DNA of 53,206 nt from Gemmatimonadota bacterium (GCA_003697105.1 RFFQ01000185.1:1-53206); one strand, 5' to 3'; shown: positions 1-10,556, counted from the stretch's first letter. Program-made: numbers and translations. Notes: a model not told the origin generated them from the sequence alone.

Positions 1-140
1 GTCTTTTCCCGTTTTGATAAATTCGATACGTCATTTATGGCATTTTTACAGTTCGTAGCCACATTGATATGGTTACGCTAAATGTCAACAGAACCTAGTA
101 TATTCTGCTTTTACTCTACTCCAAAAAAGGACTCTTCAAA

Positions 141-1565
141 ATGTCAGTACGTGTGCGATTTGCGCCCAGCCCTACCGGATTTTTGCATATCGGTAATGTG
201 CGCACCGCCATTTTTAACTATTTGTTCGCCCGCCATCACAACGGTTCGTTCATTTTACGGATTGAAGATACCGATCAGGAACGTTCTACGAAAGAATCGG
301 AAACCCGTTTGATTGAAATTCTCAAGTGGTTAGGGTTCTCTTGGGATGAAGGTCCCGATTGCGGCGGAGAGGTAGGTCCCTATCGCCAAATGGAGCGTTT
401 AGCGTTGTACCAAACATATGCGCAACAACTGATTGATTCCGGGCATGCTTATTATTGCTACACCTCTGCTGAGGAATTAGCCCAACTGCGGGAGCAGGGG
501 GGCTATGACAACCGTCATCGGGAGCTTACTCTTGAACAGCAACAAGCGTTTGAAGCAGAGGGGCGCCAACCCGTAGTTCGCTTCAAAGTGCCGGATCAGG
601 AAATCACCTTTACCGATATTATCAAAGGTAACGTAACGGTCAATTTGACCGATCTACCGGATTTTGTGATCCTCCGTGCCAACGGCATTCCGACCTATAA
701 TTATGCCTGTGTGATTGATGATGCCTTGATGAAAATATCCCATGTGATTCGCGGAGACGATCATCTAATCAATACCCCGAAACAGATCATTATGTATCAC
801 GCATTGGGCTTTGATCTGCCGGAATTTGCTCACATGCCCATGATTTTGGGTCAAGATGGTTCAAAACTCTCAAAACGGGATGCCGAAAAGTACGGCTACC
901 CCATCTATCTGGAACAATATCGGGACCGGGGGTATCTGCCGGAAGCGATTATTAATTATTTGAGCCTCTTGAGCTGGTCATCTGAATCCGGTGAAGAACT
1001 ATTGTCACTTGACCAACTGATTGCAGAAGCCGATATTCACCGGATCGGAAAAAGCGCCGCAAAGTTTGACATCCAGAAGCTGAACTGGATGAACGGGATG
1101 TACATCCGGGAAGCGGATATAACACGAATTGCCCGTTTGGCGCAACCATACTTGCAGGCTGCCGGTTATCCGGCGGATGATTTGGATCAGGTCACGGAAA
1201 TTGTGTCCCAGACCCGAAAATACTTGGAGTACCTCGCCCAAATCCCAGAACATGTCGGGTTGTTTTTTGCCGATAGGGTGGAGTTTGAAAATGAGGAAGC
1301 GGCAAAAATCGCCCAAACAGAAACGGCACAGACGATCTACCGTGCCTTTTTAGACGGTCTGGAAACGATTGATACGCTAACACCGGATGAATTTAAGTCT
1401 CTCATGAAATCCATCCAAAAATCAACGGGAATTAAAGGTAAAAACCTGTGGATGCCGGTTCGCGTGGGGTTAACCGGGCAAACCCACGGACCCGATCTGG
1501 CGGCAACCGTTGCCATTGTGGGCAAAGAGACCTGCGCCAACCGCTTGAAACGGATGTTGCAATAA
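141..1565 (+). CDS. gltX: Glutamate--tRNA ligase
   Basis: N-terminal RVRFAPSPTGFLHIGN (HIGH motif), LRIEDTD, HVIRGDDH, KLSKR (KMSKS-like) and C-terminal anticodon-binding domain (PVRVGLTG..HGPDL). Confidence 0.97.
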   Translation: MSVRVRFAPSPTGFLHIGNVRTAIFNYLFARHHNGSFILRIEDTDQERSTKESETRLIEILKWLGFSWDEGPDCGGEVGPYRQMERLALYQTYAQQLIDSGHAYYCYTSAEELAQLREQGGYDNRHRELTLEQQQAFEAEGRQPVVRFKVPDQEITFTDIIKGNVTVNLTDLPDFVILRANGIPTYNYACVIDDALMKISHVIRGDDHLINTPKQIIMYHALGFDLPEFAHMPMILGQDGSKLSKRDAEKYGYPIYLEQYRDRGYLPEAIINYLSLLSWSSESGEELLSLDQLIAEADIHRIGKSAAKFDIQKLNWMNGMYIREADITRIARLAQPYLQAAGYPADDLDQVTEIVSQTRKYLEYLAQIPEHVGLFFADRVEFENEEAAKIAQTETAQTIYRAFLDGLETIDTLTPDEFKSLMKSIQKSTGIKGKNLWMPVRVGLTGQTHGPDLAATVAIVGKETCANRLKRMLQ

Positions 1566-1579
1566 CCTGCTTTTTTATC

Positions 1580-1608
1580 TTGACTTTCTGAGGGGATCAT
1601 GATATTAT
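1580..1608 (+). promoter_or_regulatory. Putative sigma70 promoter for the response regulator/tRNA-Pro unit
   Basis: TTGACT-17 bp-TATTAT with TGn extension, 48 bp before ATG 1657. Confidence 0.65.
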
Positions 1609-1656
1609 GACTGCCCTTGAAACACCTGCCCCATCGTGAGAGGGTGGAGAACACCA

Positions 1657-2028
1657 ATGTCCCAGAAAATTTTAGTGGTTGATGATGATGCCAATATTCG
1701 GAAGTTAGTCGAAAAGGTCTTGAAATTCAAGGGCTTTGAGGTTACCATCGCCACCAATGGCAAAGAGGCATTGGACAAAGTTGATGAGCTTATCCCCGAT
1801 TTGATTTTGGTGGATGGGTTGATGCCATCCATTGATGGTTTTAATTTTAGTAAGCAAGTCAAAAAACGGTACAAAATTCCCATCATTATGATGACGGCGG
1901 TGTACAAGCAGGCGCAGTATAAAGCGCGAGCGCAAGAATGGGGTATTGATGCTTATTTAACAAAGCCCTTTCACGTTAGTGAGTTAATGAAGCATATCAC
2001 CGCTTTACTTGGTGATGACATAGGTTAG
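1657..2028 (+). CDS. Single-domain response regulator (receiver)
   Basis: KILVVDDD, phosphoacceptor LILVDGLMP, IIMMTA, YLTKPF; ATG 1657 follows a GGAG RBS (ORF track start 1636). Confidence 0.93.
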   Translation: MSQKILVVDDDANIRKLVEKVLKFKGFEVTIATNGKEALDKVDELIPDLILVDGLMPSIDGFNFSKQVKKRYKIPIIMMTAVYKQAQYKARAQEWGIDAYLTKPFHVSELMKHITALLGDDIG

Positions 2029-2030
2029 GT

Positions 2031-2107
2031 CGGGATGTGGCGCAGCCCGGTAGCGCACCAGCATGGGGGGCTGGGGGTCGTGGGTTCAAATCCCGCCATC
2101 CCGACCA
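2031..2107 (+). tRNA. tRNA-Pro(GGG)
   Basis: CGGGATG/CATCCCG acceptor stem, anticodon arm CCAGC-ATGGGGG-GCTGG, GGTTCAAATCC T-loop, encoded CCA. Confidence 0.96.
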
Positions 2108-2116
2108 TCTCTCAAT

Positions 2117-2152
2117 AGACCACTTGGGACGTTCTCAAGTGGTCTTTTGTTT
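2117..2152 (+). terminator. Intrinsic terminator after tRNA-Pro
   Basis: AGACCACTTGGGA / TCTCAAGTGGTCT stem followed by TTTGTTT. Confidence 0.8.
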
Positions 2153-2196
2153 AAGTTGATCTCATATTGTATTCCTTATCAGCGGAGGTACAACCG

Positions 2197-3090
2197 ATGC
2201 ACTCCCTCGGATTTATCGGACTCGGTATTATGGGTAGCCGCATGGCGATGAATTTACAAAATGCCGGATTTCCTTTGCGAGTTTACAACCGCACCCGGGA
2301 ACATGCCCAACCCGTGGTCGAGGCTGGAGCAACATTTGTGGACTCCCCGGCAGAACTGGCGTCACAAGTGGATATTCTGTTTACGATGCTCTCGGAACCA
2401 CGAGTCGTCGAGCAATTTGCTCTGGGTGAAGACGGATTTTTGAAGCATCTCAAAAAGGGGTCATTGTGGGTAGATTGTACTACCTGTAACCCTTCTTTCT
2501 CCCAGCACATGGCAACTGCTGCCACCAGCTACGGTGTCCGGTTTATGGATGCCCCGGTTGCGGGATCAAAAGTACCGGCAGAGAACGGTCAGTTGCTCTT
2601 TTTAGTGGGTGGAGATGCCCAAGATGTGGCAAATTGCGAACCCTACTTTAAGGTTATGGGTCGGGGGTTTAATCATCTGGGAGGGCATGGCGCCGGTGCC
2701 GGAATGAAGATGGTGGTAAATCTGCTGTTGGGTAATGCGATGCTGGTCTTTGCGGAGGCGCTGAATCTGGGTGAGGCGTTGGGATTTTCCCGCCAAAAAT
2801 TGTTGGATACCCTGTTACCGACTCCAGTCGTACCGGCGTTTGTGACCGGTAAACGGCATAAGTTGGAGCAGGAGAATTATGACCCGGAATTTCCCCTGCA
2901 ATGGATGCAAAAAGATTTGCAACTGGCTTCCGTCACCGCCTACGAACACGACACGCCACTTCCCGCAACCAACACGGCAAAGGAAATCTTCCAATTGGCA
3001 AAACAAAACGGGTTTGCCCAACAGGATTTTTCCGCTATTTTTCAATTCTTGAACGAAACCCGCTCAAACCAAGCCGGTGTCAAAGACTAA
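2197..3090 (+). CDS. NAD(P)-dependent beta-hydroxyacid dehydrogenase (3-hydroxyisobutyrate / tartronate semialdehyde reductase family)
   Basis: GFIGLGIMG Rossmann motif, FMDAPVAG, catalytic K in MKMVVN, KDLQLA; GGAGG RBS before ATG 2197. Confidence 0.92.
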   Translation: MHSLGFIGLGIMGSRMAMNLQNAGFPLRVYNRTREHAQPVVEAGATFVDSPAELASQVDILFTMLSEPRVVEQFALGEDGFLKHLKKGSLWVDCTTCNPSFSQHMATAATSYGVRFMDAPVAGSKVPAENGQLLFLVGGDAQDVANCEPYFKVMGRGFNHLGGHGAGAGMKMVVNLLLGNAMLVFAEALNLGEALGFSRQKLLDTLLPTPVVPAFVTGKRHKLEQENYDPEFPLQWMQKDLQLASVTAYEHDTPLPATNTAKEIFQLAKQNGFAQQDFSAIFQFLNETRSNQAGVKD

Positions 3091-3103
3091 ACTAAGAAAA
3101 GCA

Positions 3104-3131
3104 TTGACAAACGCTTTGCGGTGATTATCAT
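3104..3131 (+). promoter_or_regulatory. Putative sigma70 promoter of lepA
   Basis: TTGACA-16 bp-TATCAT upstream of lepA. Confidence 0.55.
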
Positions 3132-3197
3132 ACGTATTCAATTTAGGTGTAATTTTTTGGATTCAATATCTTGATTTGGAGTGACATCAGACGACCC

Positions 3198-4988
3198 ATG
3201 GACCACATTCGTAACTTTTGCATCATTGCCCATATCGATCATGGTAAATCCACGTTAGCTGACCGATTACTCGAAGCCACCGGTACCCTTGGTTCCAAAG
3301 AGATGAAAGAACAAGTGTTAGACAGTATGGACTTGGAGCGCGAACGGGGTATTACTATCAAGGCACATGCCATCCGCATGGACTATCACGCCGATGATGG
3401 TAATACGTACGTTTTAAATCTAATTGATACCCCCGGTCATGTGGATTTTACCTATGAAGTCTCCCGCAGTTTAGCCGCATGTGAAGGGGCAATTCTGGTG
3501 GTGGATGCCTCGCAGGGCGTGGAGGCACAAACCATTAGTAACTTATATTTAGCCATCGATAACGATCTGGAAATTATCCCGGTTATCAATAAAATCGATC
3601 TCCCGGGGGCAGAAATTGACATGGTGAAACAACAAATCCTAGATTTGTTGGGAGGAGACCCCGATGACATCCTGCTGGCGAGTGCCAAGCAAGGTATTGG
3701 GACAAAGGAAATTTTAGAAGCCGTCATCAAGCACGTGCCCCCACCCGAGGGTGACCCGAACAAGCCCCTTAAAGCCCTGGTTTTTGATAGTGTATTTGAC
3801 CAATATCGCGGCGCATACCCGTATGTGCGGGTGGGCGATGGCGTCGTCAAAAAAGGAATGAAAATTAAATTCCATCAGACCGGACAGACTTTTGAAGTGG
3901 ACGAAGTAGGTACCTTCAAACTGGGTCTGGTGCCAAAAGCGGAACTTTCTGCCGGCGAAGTAGGCTATATTGTCGCCAGTATTAAGGAGATTGCCAAAAT
4001 TCGCATTGGCGACACGATTACCGATGCCGAAAATCCCACTCAAGAACCGTATCCGGGTTACCGGGAAGTGAAACCAATGGTCTTTAGCGGGTTATACCCC
4101 ACCACACCGGAGCAATACGAGCCGTTGCGCGATGCCCTAGATAAATTGCGTCTAAATGATGCCTCTCTCACTTACGAACCGGAATCCTCCATGGCGCTTG
4201 GCTTCGGTTATCGTTGCGGATTCTTGGGCTTACTCCACATGGAAATTGTACAGGAACGGTTGGAGCGAGAATACGGTCTGGAATTGATCATGACTGTACC
4301 CAATGCGGAGTGCATTGTCTATTATACCGATGGAACGTCCGAAGAGATCGATAATCCGGCGGAATATCCCGATCCGGCAAAGATCGATCATGTGGAAGAA
4401 CCGTTTGTCGAGGCGGAACTGTTTCTGCCCAAAGAGTTTGTGGGCAACATCATGCAACTTTGCCAAGACCGCCGCGGGGTGTATGTCAAGATGGAATACA
4501 TCGATGAAAATCGGGTTATGCTGGTTTATGAAATGCCTCTCACGGAGATTTTGTTCGATTTTTATGATAAAATTAAATCACTCTCCAAGGGGTATGCCTC
4601 ATTTGATTATGAATTTCTGGAATTTCGGGAATCCAAGTTGGTCAAGCTCGATACCCTGTTGAATGGAGACCGGGTGGATGCCCTCTCGATGATCATCCAC
4701 CGCGATAAAGCGTATGATTGGGGGCGCCGGTTATGTGAGCGGCTAAAAGAGATCATTCCCCGCCAACAATTCCAGATTGCCATTCAAGCGGCAATTGGCT
4801 CTAAAGTAATTGCCCGGGAGACGATCCGGGCGTATCGGAAAGATGTGACCTCCAAGTGTTACGGCGGTGATATTTCCCGAAAACGGAAATTATTGGAAAA
4901 ACAAAAGGAAGGTAAAAAGCGGATGCGTCAAGTTGGATCGGTGGAAGTTCCGCAGGAGGCATTTCTGGCTGTACTCAAAGTGGATTAA
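3198..4988 (+). CDS. lepA: Elongation factor 4 (LepA)
   Basis: [42 protein letters not shown]-terminal [24 protein letters not shown]. Confidence 0.99.
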   Translation: MDHIRNFCIIAHIDHGKSTLADRLLEATGTLGSKEMKEQVLDSMDLERERGITIKAHAIRMDYHADDGNTYVLNLIDTPGHVDFTYEVSRSLAACEGAILVVDASQGVEAQTISNLYLAIDNDLEIIPVINKIDLPGAEIDMVKQQILDLLGGDPDDILLASAKQGIGTKEILEAVIKHVPPPEGDPNKPLKALVFDSVFDQYRGAYPYVRVGDGVVKKGMKIKFHQTGQTFEVDEVGTFKLGLVPKAELSAGEVGYIVASIKEIAKIRIGDTITDAENPTQEPYPGYREVKPMVFSGLYPTTPEQYEPLRDALDKLRLNDASLTYEPESSMALGFGYRCGFLGLLHMEIVQERLEREYGLELIMTVPNAECIVYYTDGTSEEIDNPAEYPDPAKIDHVEEPFVEAELFLPKEFVGNIMQLCQDRRGVYVKMEYIDENRVMLVYEMPLTEILFDFYDKIKSLSKGYASFDYEFLEFRESKLVKLDTLLNGDRVDALSMIIHRDKAYDWGRRLCERLKEIIPRQQFQIAIQAAIGSKVIARETIRAYRKDVTSKCYGGDISRKRKLLEKQKEGKKRMRQVGSVEVPQEAFLAVLKVD

Positions 4989-4991
4989 ACA

Positions 4992-5702
4992 ATGGCGAAA
5001 AAAAGACGTAAAACGCAAGATAACGGGTCGGTAAAAGCCCAACCGAAAACTACGGAGACCCCCAACCGCAACCGGCGAAAATCAAAAACACGAGAATTGG
5101 TGGAATCTTTGATTATTGCCGTGATTTTGGCACTGCTTATTCGGGCGTTCATTATTCAGGCGTTCCGGATCCCTTCAGGTTCCATGGAACAAACCCTCCT
5201 GATCGGAGATTTTTTGCTCGTCAATAAATTTATCTATGGGACAAAAGTACCGTTTTCTGAGGATCGTATCTTCCAGTTTAAGGCACCGGAACGCGGTGAC
5301 ATTATTGTCTTCAAAGCTCCCGATGACCCGAAAAAAGATTTTATTAAGCGTATCGTCGGTGTGGCTGGGGATACCTTGCAATTGCGCAATAAAATTCTTT
5401 ATGTGAATGGCGAAAAACAGGATGAACCGTTTGTGCAACATATTGATCCGGTAGTGTACACGCCGCCAGACCCCCGTTCCGTCCGGGATAACTTCGGACC
5501 GGTGGTGGTGCCGGAGGGTAAATTGTTTATGATGGGTGATAATCGGGACAATAGCCATGATAGCCGCTTTTGGGGCTTTTTAGACGAAAATGAAGTCAAG
5601 GGAAAAGCACTGGTTATCTATTTTTCCCTCAACAATGAGAAATGCTTGCTCCCCTTTTTATGTGTGCCCCGCTTGAACCGGATCGGGCAAATGATTCGTT
5701 GA
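4992..5702 (+). CDS. lepB: Signal peptidase I
   Basis: TM helix, IPSGSMEQTL (catalytic Ser), DFIKRIVG (Lys), MGDNRDNSHDSRFWG; directly follows lepA. Confidence 0.97.
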   Translation: MAKKRRKTQDNGSVKAQPKTTETPNRNRRKSKTRELVESLIIAVILALLIRAFIIQAFRIPSGSMEQTLLIGDFLLVNKFIYGTKVPFSEDRIFQFKAPERGDIIVFKAPDDPKKDFIKRIVGVAGDTLQLRNKILYVNGEKQDEPFVQHIDPVVYTPPDPRSVRDNFGPVVVPEGKLFMMGDNRDNSHDSRFWGFLDENEVKGKALVIYFSLNNEKCLLPFLCVPRLNRIGQMIR

Positions 5703-5735
5703 GCCTAAACTTCTCCGAAAGAGGCATTCTGCCAG

Positions 5736-6635
5736 ATGTATCGTGTTGGTGGCCAAGCTGTTCGTGAGGGGGTGATGATGTGTACTCCCCATCACATGGT
5801 GACCGTTGTTCGCCTTCCATCCGGACGGATGGCGGTGGATTGCCGCCCGTGGCAAACTCTCGTCCCGCCTCACTCCTTGCTGAGAGTGCCGCTGTTACGC
5901 TGTGGCTTTACTCTCCTTGAAAATATGGTCAACGGTGCCACGGCACTCTTCTATTCTCACCGTGTGTTGTGCCCCACGCCCCATGTGTTTGGCGAATTTG
6001 GGATGCGGGTACATTCCTTGCTCCTCCTACCGGTAATCGCCTTGCTGGTCTTTATCGGTTTACCGCATCTGGTGGTGGAACATCTAGGAAAAGGGCAAAC
6101 CAATCCGTTTTTTTTTAATGTTATGACCGGAATATTGCGGTGTGGAATATTCGGGCTGTATCTAGGGTTTGTTTTTCGGGATGCCACCTTTCATCGCGTT
6201 TTGCAATATCATGGTGCAGAACATAAAGCCATCCGTGCGTATGAAGCCCTCCAACCACTCAGTGTTGATGTGCTCCGGCGGCAATCTCGATTCCATAACC
6301 GTTGTGGCTCTCAATTGGTCGGGTGGCTCTTATTGCTGTTGCCGCTGGGATACACCGTTATTGACTATTTGATGATGTGGAGCGGGATTCCGTTGACCTC
6401 CGGCGGGCGATTGTGGAATCATGTGATGATCCTTCCCGGCATCATTTTGTTGGCATACGAATGTGTCCATGTGACGGCATTGAATTCATGGGGAGCATTT
6501 TTCACCAACTGGATACAACGATGGCTCACCGCAGAACCCACAGATGATCAGCTCGAAATTGCTTATTTTGCCTTGAAAAAAGTGTTGTCGTTGGCACCAT
6601 CAAATCATGACGTAAACATCCAAAACACCGCATAA
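5736..6635 (+). CDS. DUF1385 family membrane protein
   Basis: VGGQAVREGVMM, YHGAEHK, RFHNRCGS, LTAEPTDDQLEIA motifs. Confidence 0.85.
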   Translation: MYRVGGQAVREGVMMCTPHHMVTVVRLPSGRMAVDCRPWQTLVPPHSLLRVPLLRCGFTLLENMVNGATALFYSHRVLCPTPHVFGEFGMRVHSLLLLPVIALLVFIGLPHLVVEHLGKGQTNPFFFNVMTGILRCGIFGLYLGFVFRDATFHRVLQYHGAEHKAIRAYEALQPLSVDVLRRQSRFHNRCGSQLVGWLLLLLPLGYTVIDYLMMWSGIPLTSGGRLWNHVMILPGIILLAYECVHVTALNSWGAFFTNWIQRWLTAEPTDDQLEIAYFALKKVLSLAPSNHDVNIQNTA

Positions 6636-6695
6636 ACGCTATTCGTTGCTCGGCACCACCTCCACTGTCTTCCCTCATTTTTAAGGAATAAGTGC

Positions 6696-8006
6696 ATGTC
6701 GCGACCCCGGATATTAGTTGTCGATGATGACCCGCATCTAGTGCGATTGGTTGTCTCCACTTTGGGAATGGCACATTACGAAATTGTGAAAGCATTTTCC
6801 GGAAAAGAGGCGTTGCAAAAAATTGAGGAATTTCACCCGGAACTGGTAATCCTGGATGTGATGATGCCTCATGTAAACGGTTACGAAGTTTGCGAACAGA
6901 TGAAAGCAAATGTATTTACCCGCCATACACCGGTCATCATGCTCTCTGCAAAAAAAAATGTGGAAGACCGGGTTACTGGGTTGGAAATTGGGGCAGATGA
7001 CTACATGGTCAAACCGTTTAACCCGGTGGAGCTGCGAGTTCGGGTCGAATCGCTGCTCCGCCGGAGTACGGAAACACTGGACGCCAACCCCATCACTCAT
7101 TTGCCGGGCAATGTCTCCATCGAGCGTGAAATTATCCAGCGCATCAAACAACATCCAAAATTTGCGTTTTGCTATGTAGACCTCGATCATTTCAAGGCAT
7201 TTAACGATAAATACGGGTTCTATCAGGGTGACCAAATTATCCTATTGGTCGCCCGGATTTTGGAAAAGTCGATTCGGGAAAAAGGGAATCCCACCGATTT
7301 TATCGGGCACATTGGCGGCGATGACTTTGTATTCATCACCACCCCCGACCGGGTCAAATCCCTATCGCAGGCGATTATTACGGAATTCGATAGCCGGGTA
7401 CCCGAATTTTATGATGAAACAGACCGGCAACAAGGGTTTATTATTAGTCAAAACCGGCAAGGTCTGGTTACGCGGTTCCCGATTATGACCTTGACAATTG
7501 TTGCGATAACCAATGAACAACGGGAGATCACACACCCCGCGGAAATCAGTGCGATTGAAGGGGAATTGAAAGCCTATGCCAAAAGTTTGGAAGGTAGTAA
7601 CTATGTTATTGATAAACGGAAAGAGAAGGTCATTAATAAAGAATATCATAAGTTCATCAAAATTTTAATCCTAGATACTGAAGTCCGCCGGGCACGGTTA
7701 CGGAAGTTACAACTGGAAGGTGAAAATTACACCGTGGCGCTTGCCCAAACTGCCCGGGATGCAATTTCGCTGTTGGAAGAACAAAAACCCAGTGTCGTGC
7801 TGATTGAAAAGGACGTACCGTTTATGGACGCCTACGAACTAAGCCACTATATCAACAAAAACCCCCATTTACAAAAAACACCGGTAATGGTAATGTCCAA
7901 CGTGATGATGATCGAAAAAGACCCCCAATCTGATTATATTGATTACTTTACCAAAAAGATCAAGTTAGACGAACTTTTGGATACCGTGCGGGGGATATTG
8001 GAGTAA
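6696..8006 (+). CDS. Response regulator diguanylate cyclase (REC-GGDEF-degenerate REC)
   Basis: Canonical N-terminal receiver (VILDVMMP, KPF), DANPITHLPGN, DLDHFKAFNDKYG, GGDDF; C-terminal receiver-like domain. Confidence 0.9.
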   Translation: MSRPRILVVDDDPHLVRLVVSTLGMAHYEIVKAFSGKEALQKIEEFHPELVILDVMMPHVNGYEVCEQMKANVFTRHTPVIMLSAKKNVEDRVTGLEIGADDYMVKPFNPVELRVRVESLLRRSTETLDANPITHLPGNVSIEREIIQRIKQHPKFAFCYVDLDHFKAFNDKYGFYQGDQIILLVARILEKSIREKGNPTDFIGHIGGDDFVFITTPDRVKSLSQAIITEFDSRVPEFYDETDRQQGFIISQNRQGLVTRFPIMTLTIVAITNEQREITHPAEISAIEGELKAYAKSLEGSNYVIDKRKEKVINKEYHKFIKILILDTEVRRARLRKLQLEGENYTVALAQTARDAISLLEEQKPSVVLIEKDVPFMDAYELSHYINKNPHLQKTPVMVMSNVMMIEKDPQSDYIDYFTKKIKLDELLDTVRGILE

Positions 8007-8012
8007 CGCGGC

Positions 8013-8417
8013 ATGTCACCCGAAATGATTTTTACAATCGCTGTATTTATTTCGATTCCTTCCATGATTTGGGCAACCCTTTACGGACGCCACCAACTTA
8101 TCAATTACTTTATTAAGAATCGACCCGAATTGAATTTGACCGGTCTTTGCCGCCGGATTACCATTGCGCTATTGGTGAATATCGCCGCGGCTATGCTCTT
8201 GTTCGGGAGTGATTTTATCACGGTCAGCAAAGATATTGTCATCTTTACCACTTACTGGTTTATCTGGATGGTGTTGATGCTTCTCTTAGTGGTGCTGACG
8301 CTGTGGGATGGGGCATCCTCTCGCCGGCATATCATGGAAAAACGAGATCAAATTGTGACTGAATTTATGCTTTACGAGGCGAAACCGCACGTAGAGAGTA
8401 AAGAGGTCTCGTCCTGA
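8013..8417 (+). CDS. Hypothetical membrane protein (about 3 TM segments)
   Basis: 134-aa ORF 6 bp after the previous gene with three hydrophobic stretches. Confidence 0.7.
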   Translation: MSPEMIFTIAVFISIPSMIWATLYGRHQLINYFIKNRPELNLTGLCRRITIALLVNIAAAMLLFGSDFITVSKDIVIFTTYWFIWMVLMLLLVVLTLWDGASSRRHIMEKRDQIVTEFMLYEAKPHVESKEVSS

Positions 8418-8430
8418 GTGACATTTTGTC

Positions 8431-8459
8431 TTGCCAATTGGTAGCCGATGATATATATT
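8431..8459 (+). promoter_or_regulatory. Putative sigma70 promoter of the rimP-nusA-infB operon
   Basis: TTGCCA-17 bp-TATATT. Confidence 0.6.
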
Positions 8460-8468
8460 AGCCGGGCT

Positions 8469-8508
8469 AAGTGGGTTTCTTCGCACGGACGAACCCACTT
8501 TTTATTTT
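8469..8508 (+). promoter_or_regulatory. rimP leader hairpin / attenuator-like terminator
   Basis: AAGTGGGTT...AACCCACTT stem followed by a T-rich tract between the promoter and rimP; matches the GTGGG...CCCAC hairpin commonly found in rimP leaders. Confidence 0.7.
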
Positions 8509-8539
8509 GGTCACAATTGAACTTTTAGCGGATGGAATT

Positions 8540-9040
8540 ATGGGCAAGATCGGGATTTTATCACGCCTCATGTATCTCGCGGAAGAAGCCGCCGATCAGT
8601 ATGACGCCGAAGTTGTGGATGTGGCTTACACCGGCCAAACCCGCAATGCGGTTGTTCGGGTCTTTGTTGACCGGATCGGGGGTATCTCTTTGGATGAATG
8701 CGCTCATATTAGCCGGGCACTGGCAGATTTGCTGGATATGGAAGATTTGATCCCGCACCGCTACCGGCTTGAGGTCTCCTCCCCCGGGGTTGAACGCCCC
8801 TTAAAAAAACCGCGCGACTTTGAGCGCTTCGCGGGAGAATTGGTGAAAATCCATACCGCCCAACCTATCGAAAATCAAACGATACATGTGGGGCATCTGC
8901 ATCACTTTGAAAAGCAGCGGGTTTATCTGGCACTCTCTGAGGAGCACATTCGCGTAATCCCGTTTGAACACATCACGAAAGCGAATTTAAAATTTGAATC
9001 CCCCTTTGGGGATTCGCCATCTAAGCCGTCTAAATCGTAA
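8540..9040 (+). CDS. rimP: Ribosome maturation factor RimP
   Basis: VRVFVDR..GISLDECAHISR, YRLEVSSPGVERPL; first gene before nusA. Confidence 0.95.
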   Translation: MGKIGILSRLMYLAEEAADQYDAEVVDVAYTGQTRNAVVRVFVDRIGGISLDECAHISRALADLLDMEDLIPHRYRLEVSSPGVERPLKKPRDFERFAGELVKIHTAQPIENQTIHVGHLHHFEKQRVYLALSEEHIRVIPFEHITKANLKFESPFGDSPSKPSKS

Positions 9041-9062
9041 GAAGTAGAGGAATGTTGCGTTT

Positions 9063-10556
9063 ATGAACACATATGAAATCGTTGATGCGATTCGTCAGCT
9101 TACCAATCAGAAAAATGTCACCAGAGAGATCGTATTGGAGACATTACAAACTGCATTGGTTGCCGCCGCGAAAAAGAATATCAACGCTTCCAAAACGCTG
9201 GATATTGAATCCGAAGTGGATGACCGCACCGGAGAGTTGCGCGTCTATGCCTACAAACAGGTGGTCGATGAAGTGACCCGTCCGACCCACGAAATTGCAC
9301 TGGTAGATGCCTTGAAAATTGACCCGCAAGTGGAATTGGGTGATGAAGTTCAAGTTGATTTGAATTTGGCTGATTTTGGACGAAACGCCATCCAATTAGC
9401 GAAGCAAGTGCTGATTCAGCGCATCCGCGAAAGTGAACGAGACCGTATTTATGAGGAATATAAAGACCAAACGGGCGTGATTTTAACCGGTACTGTCCGG
9501 CAAATTGACCGGGGCAACATCATTGTGGCATTAGACCGCACCGAAGCCGTGATCCCCCCCAGCGAACAGATTCCCAAAGATCGATTTCATATTGGTGATA
9601 CGATTCGGGCGTTATTAATCGAGGTTGACCGTAATTCCAAAGGCGCCCAATTGACACTCTCCCGAACCGCGAATGACTTTTTGAAACGGTTGTTTGAACT
9701 GGAAGTCCCCGAAATTCAACAAAAAATTGTCGAGATTAAAGCGGTTGCTCGCGACCCCGGCGAACGTGCAAAAATCGCCGTCCGGTCTTCCGAACGACGG
9801 GTAGACCCCGTCGGCGCGTGTGTGGGAATTCGTGGCTCTCGGGTACAAGCGGTGGTGCGTGAATTGAATAACGAACGCATCGATATTGTGCCGTGGAGCG
9901 AAGACCCCGCCGTCTTTGTCAGTCGTGCGCTCGCCCCCGCCAGAATTAACCGGATTATCATTTACGAACGCGAACATCGGATGGAAATTGTCGTTGAAAA
10001 AGACCAACTCTCTTTAGCAATTGGTAAAAACGGGCAAAATGTGCGCCTCGCACACCAGTTGACCGGTTGGTCCATTGACCTCCTGACGGTCGATGAATAC
10101 GATACACAATTGGAACGGGAAGACTTACTCGAAATTTGCGATGATATTGGTGCGGATCGGGATATTATCGACCTCCTTGCCGCGGAAGGCTTCTCAACCG
10201 TACAATCCGTAGCGGGGATGTCTCTTGCTCGCTTGATCGAAATCACCAATTTACCGGAAGATATGGCAGCAGCTCTCCTTCGTGAAACGCAAGCCTTAAT
10301 TGAAGAAGACCAGCCTGAAGAAACCGGTGATACCGAAGACGAATTGATCGACGGATTTGAAGATGATGATTTTGACCTCAGTGAACCCGAAACGGATGAA
10401 CCCGAAGACGATAATCCGCCGGACGAACCGGCAGAGGAGGATTCTTCGGAAGCGAACGAGGATGAGACTGAAACCACCGTGCCGGTAGAAGAAATAGAAG
10501 AACGTGAAACCGATGCGCCCGGCTCTCCTGAACATGATGACGATGAGTCCAAATGA
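9063..10556 (+). CDS. nusA: Transcription termination/antitermination factor NusA with acidic C-terminal tail
   Basis: FGRNAIQLAKQ, S1 domain, LFELEVPEI, ARDPGERAKIAV, GACVGIRGSR, AIGKNGQNVRLA. Confidence 0.98.
   Translation: MNTYEIVDAIRQLTNQKNVTREIVLETLQTALVAAAKKNINASKTLDIESEVDDRTGELRVYAYKQVVDEVTRPTHEIALVDALKIDPQVELGDEVQVDLNLADFGRNAIQLAKQVLIQRIRESERDRIYEEYKDQTGVILTGTVRQIDRGNIIVALDRTEAVIPPSEQIPKDRFHIGDTIRALLIEVDRNSKGAQLTLSRTANDFLKRLFELEVPEIQQKIVEIKAVARDPGERAKIAVRSSERRVDPVGACVGIRGSRVQAVVRELNNERIDIVPWSEDPAVFVSRALAPARINRIIIYEREHRMEIVVEKDQLSLAIGKNGQNVRLAHQLTGWSIDLLTVDEYDTQLEREDLLEICDDIGADRDIIDLLAAEGFSTVQSVAGMSLARLIEITNLPEDMAAALLRETQALIEEDQPEETGDTEDELIDGFEDDDFDLSEPETDEPEDDNPPDEPAEEDSSEANEDETETTVPVEEIEERETDAPGSPEHDDDESK

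Noticed and set aside
141-1565. Functional link between gltX (makes Glu-tRNA) and the pseudo-HemA activator
   Set aside because: They are about 41 kb apart with unrelated operons between; proximity is probably coincidental
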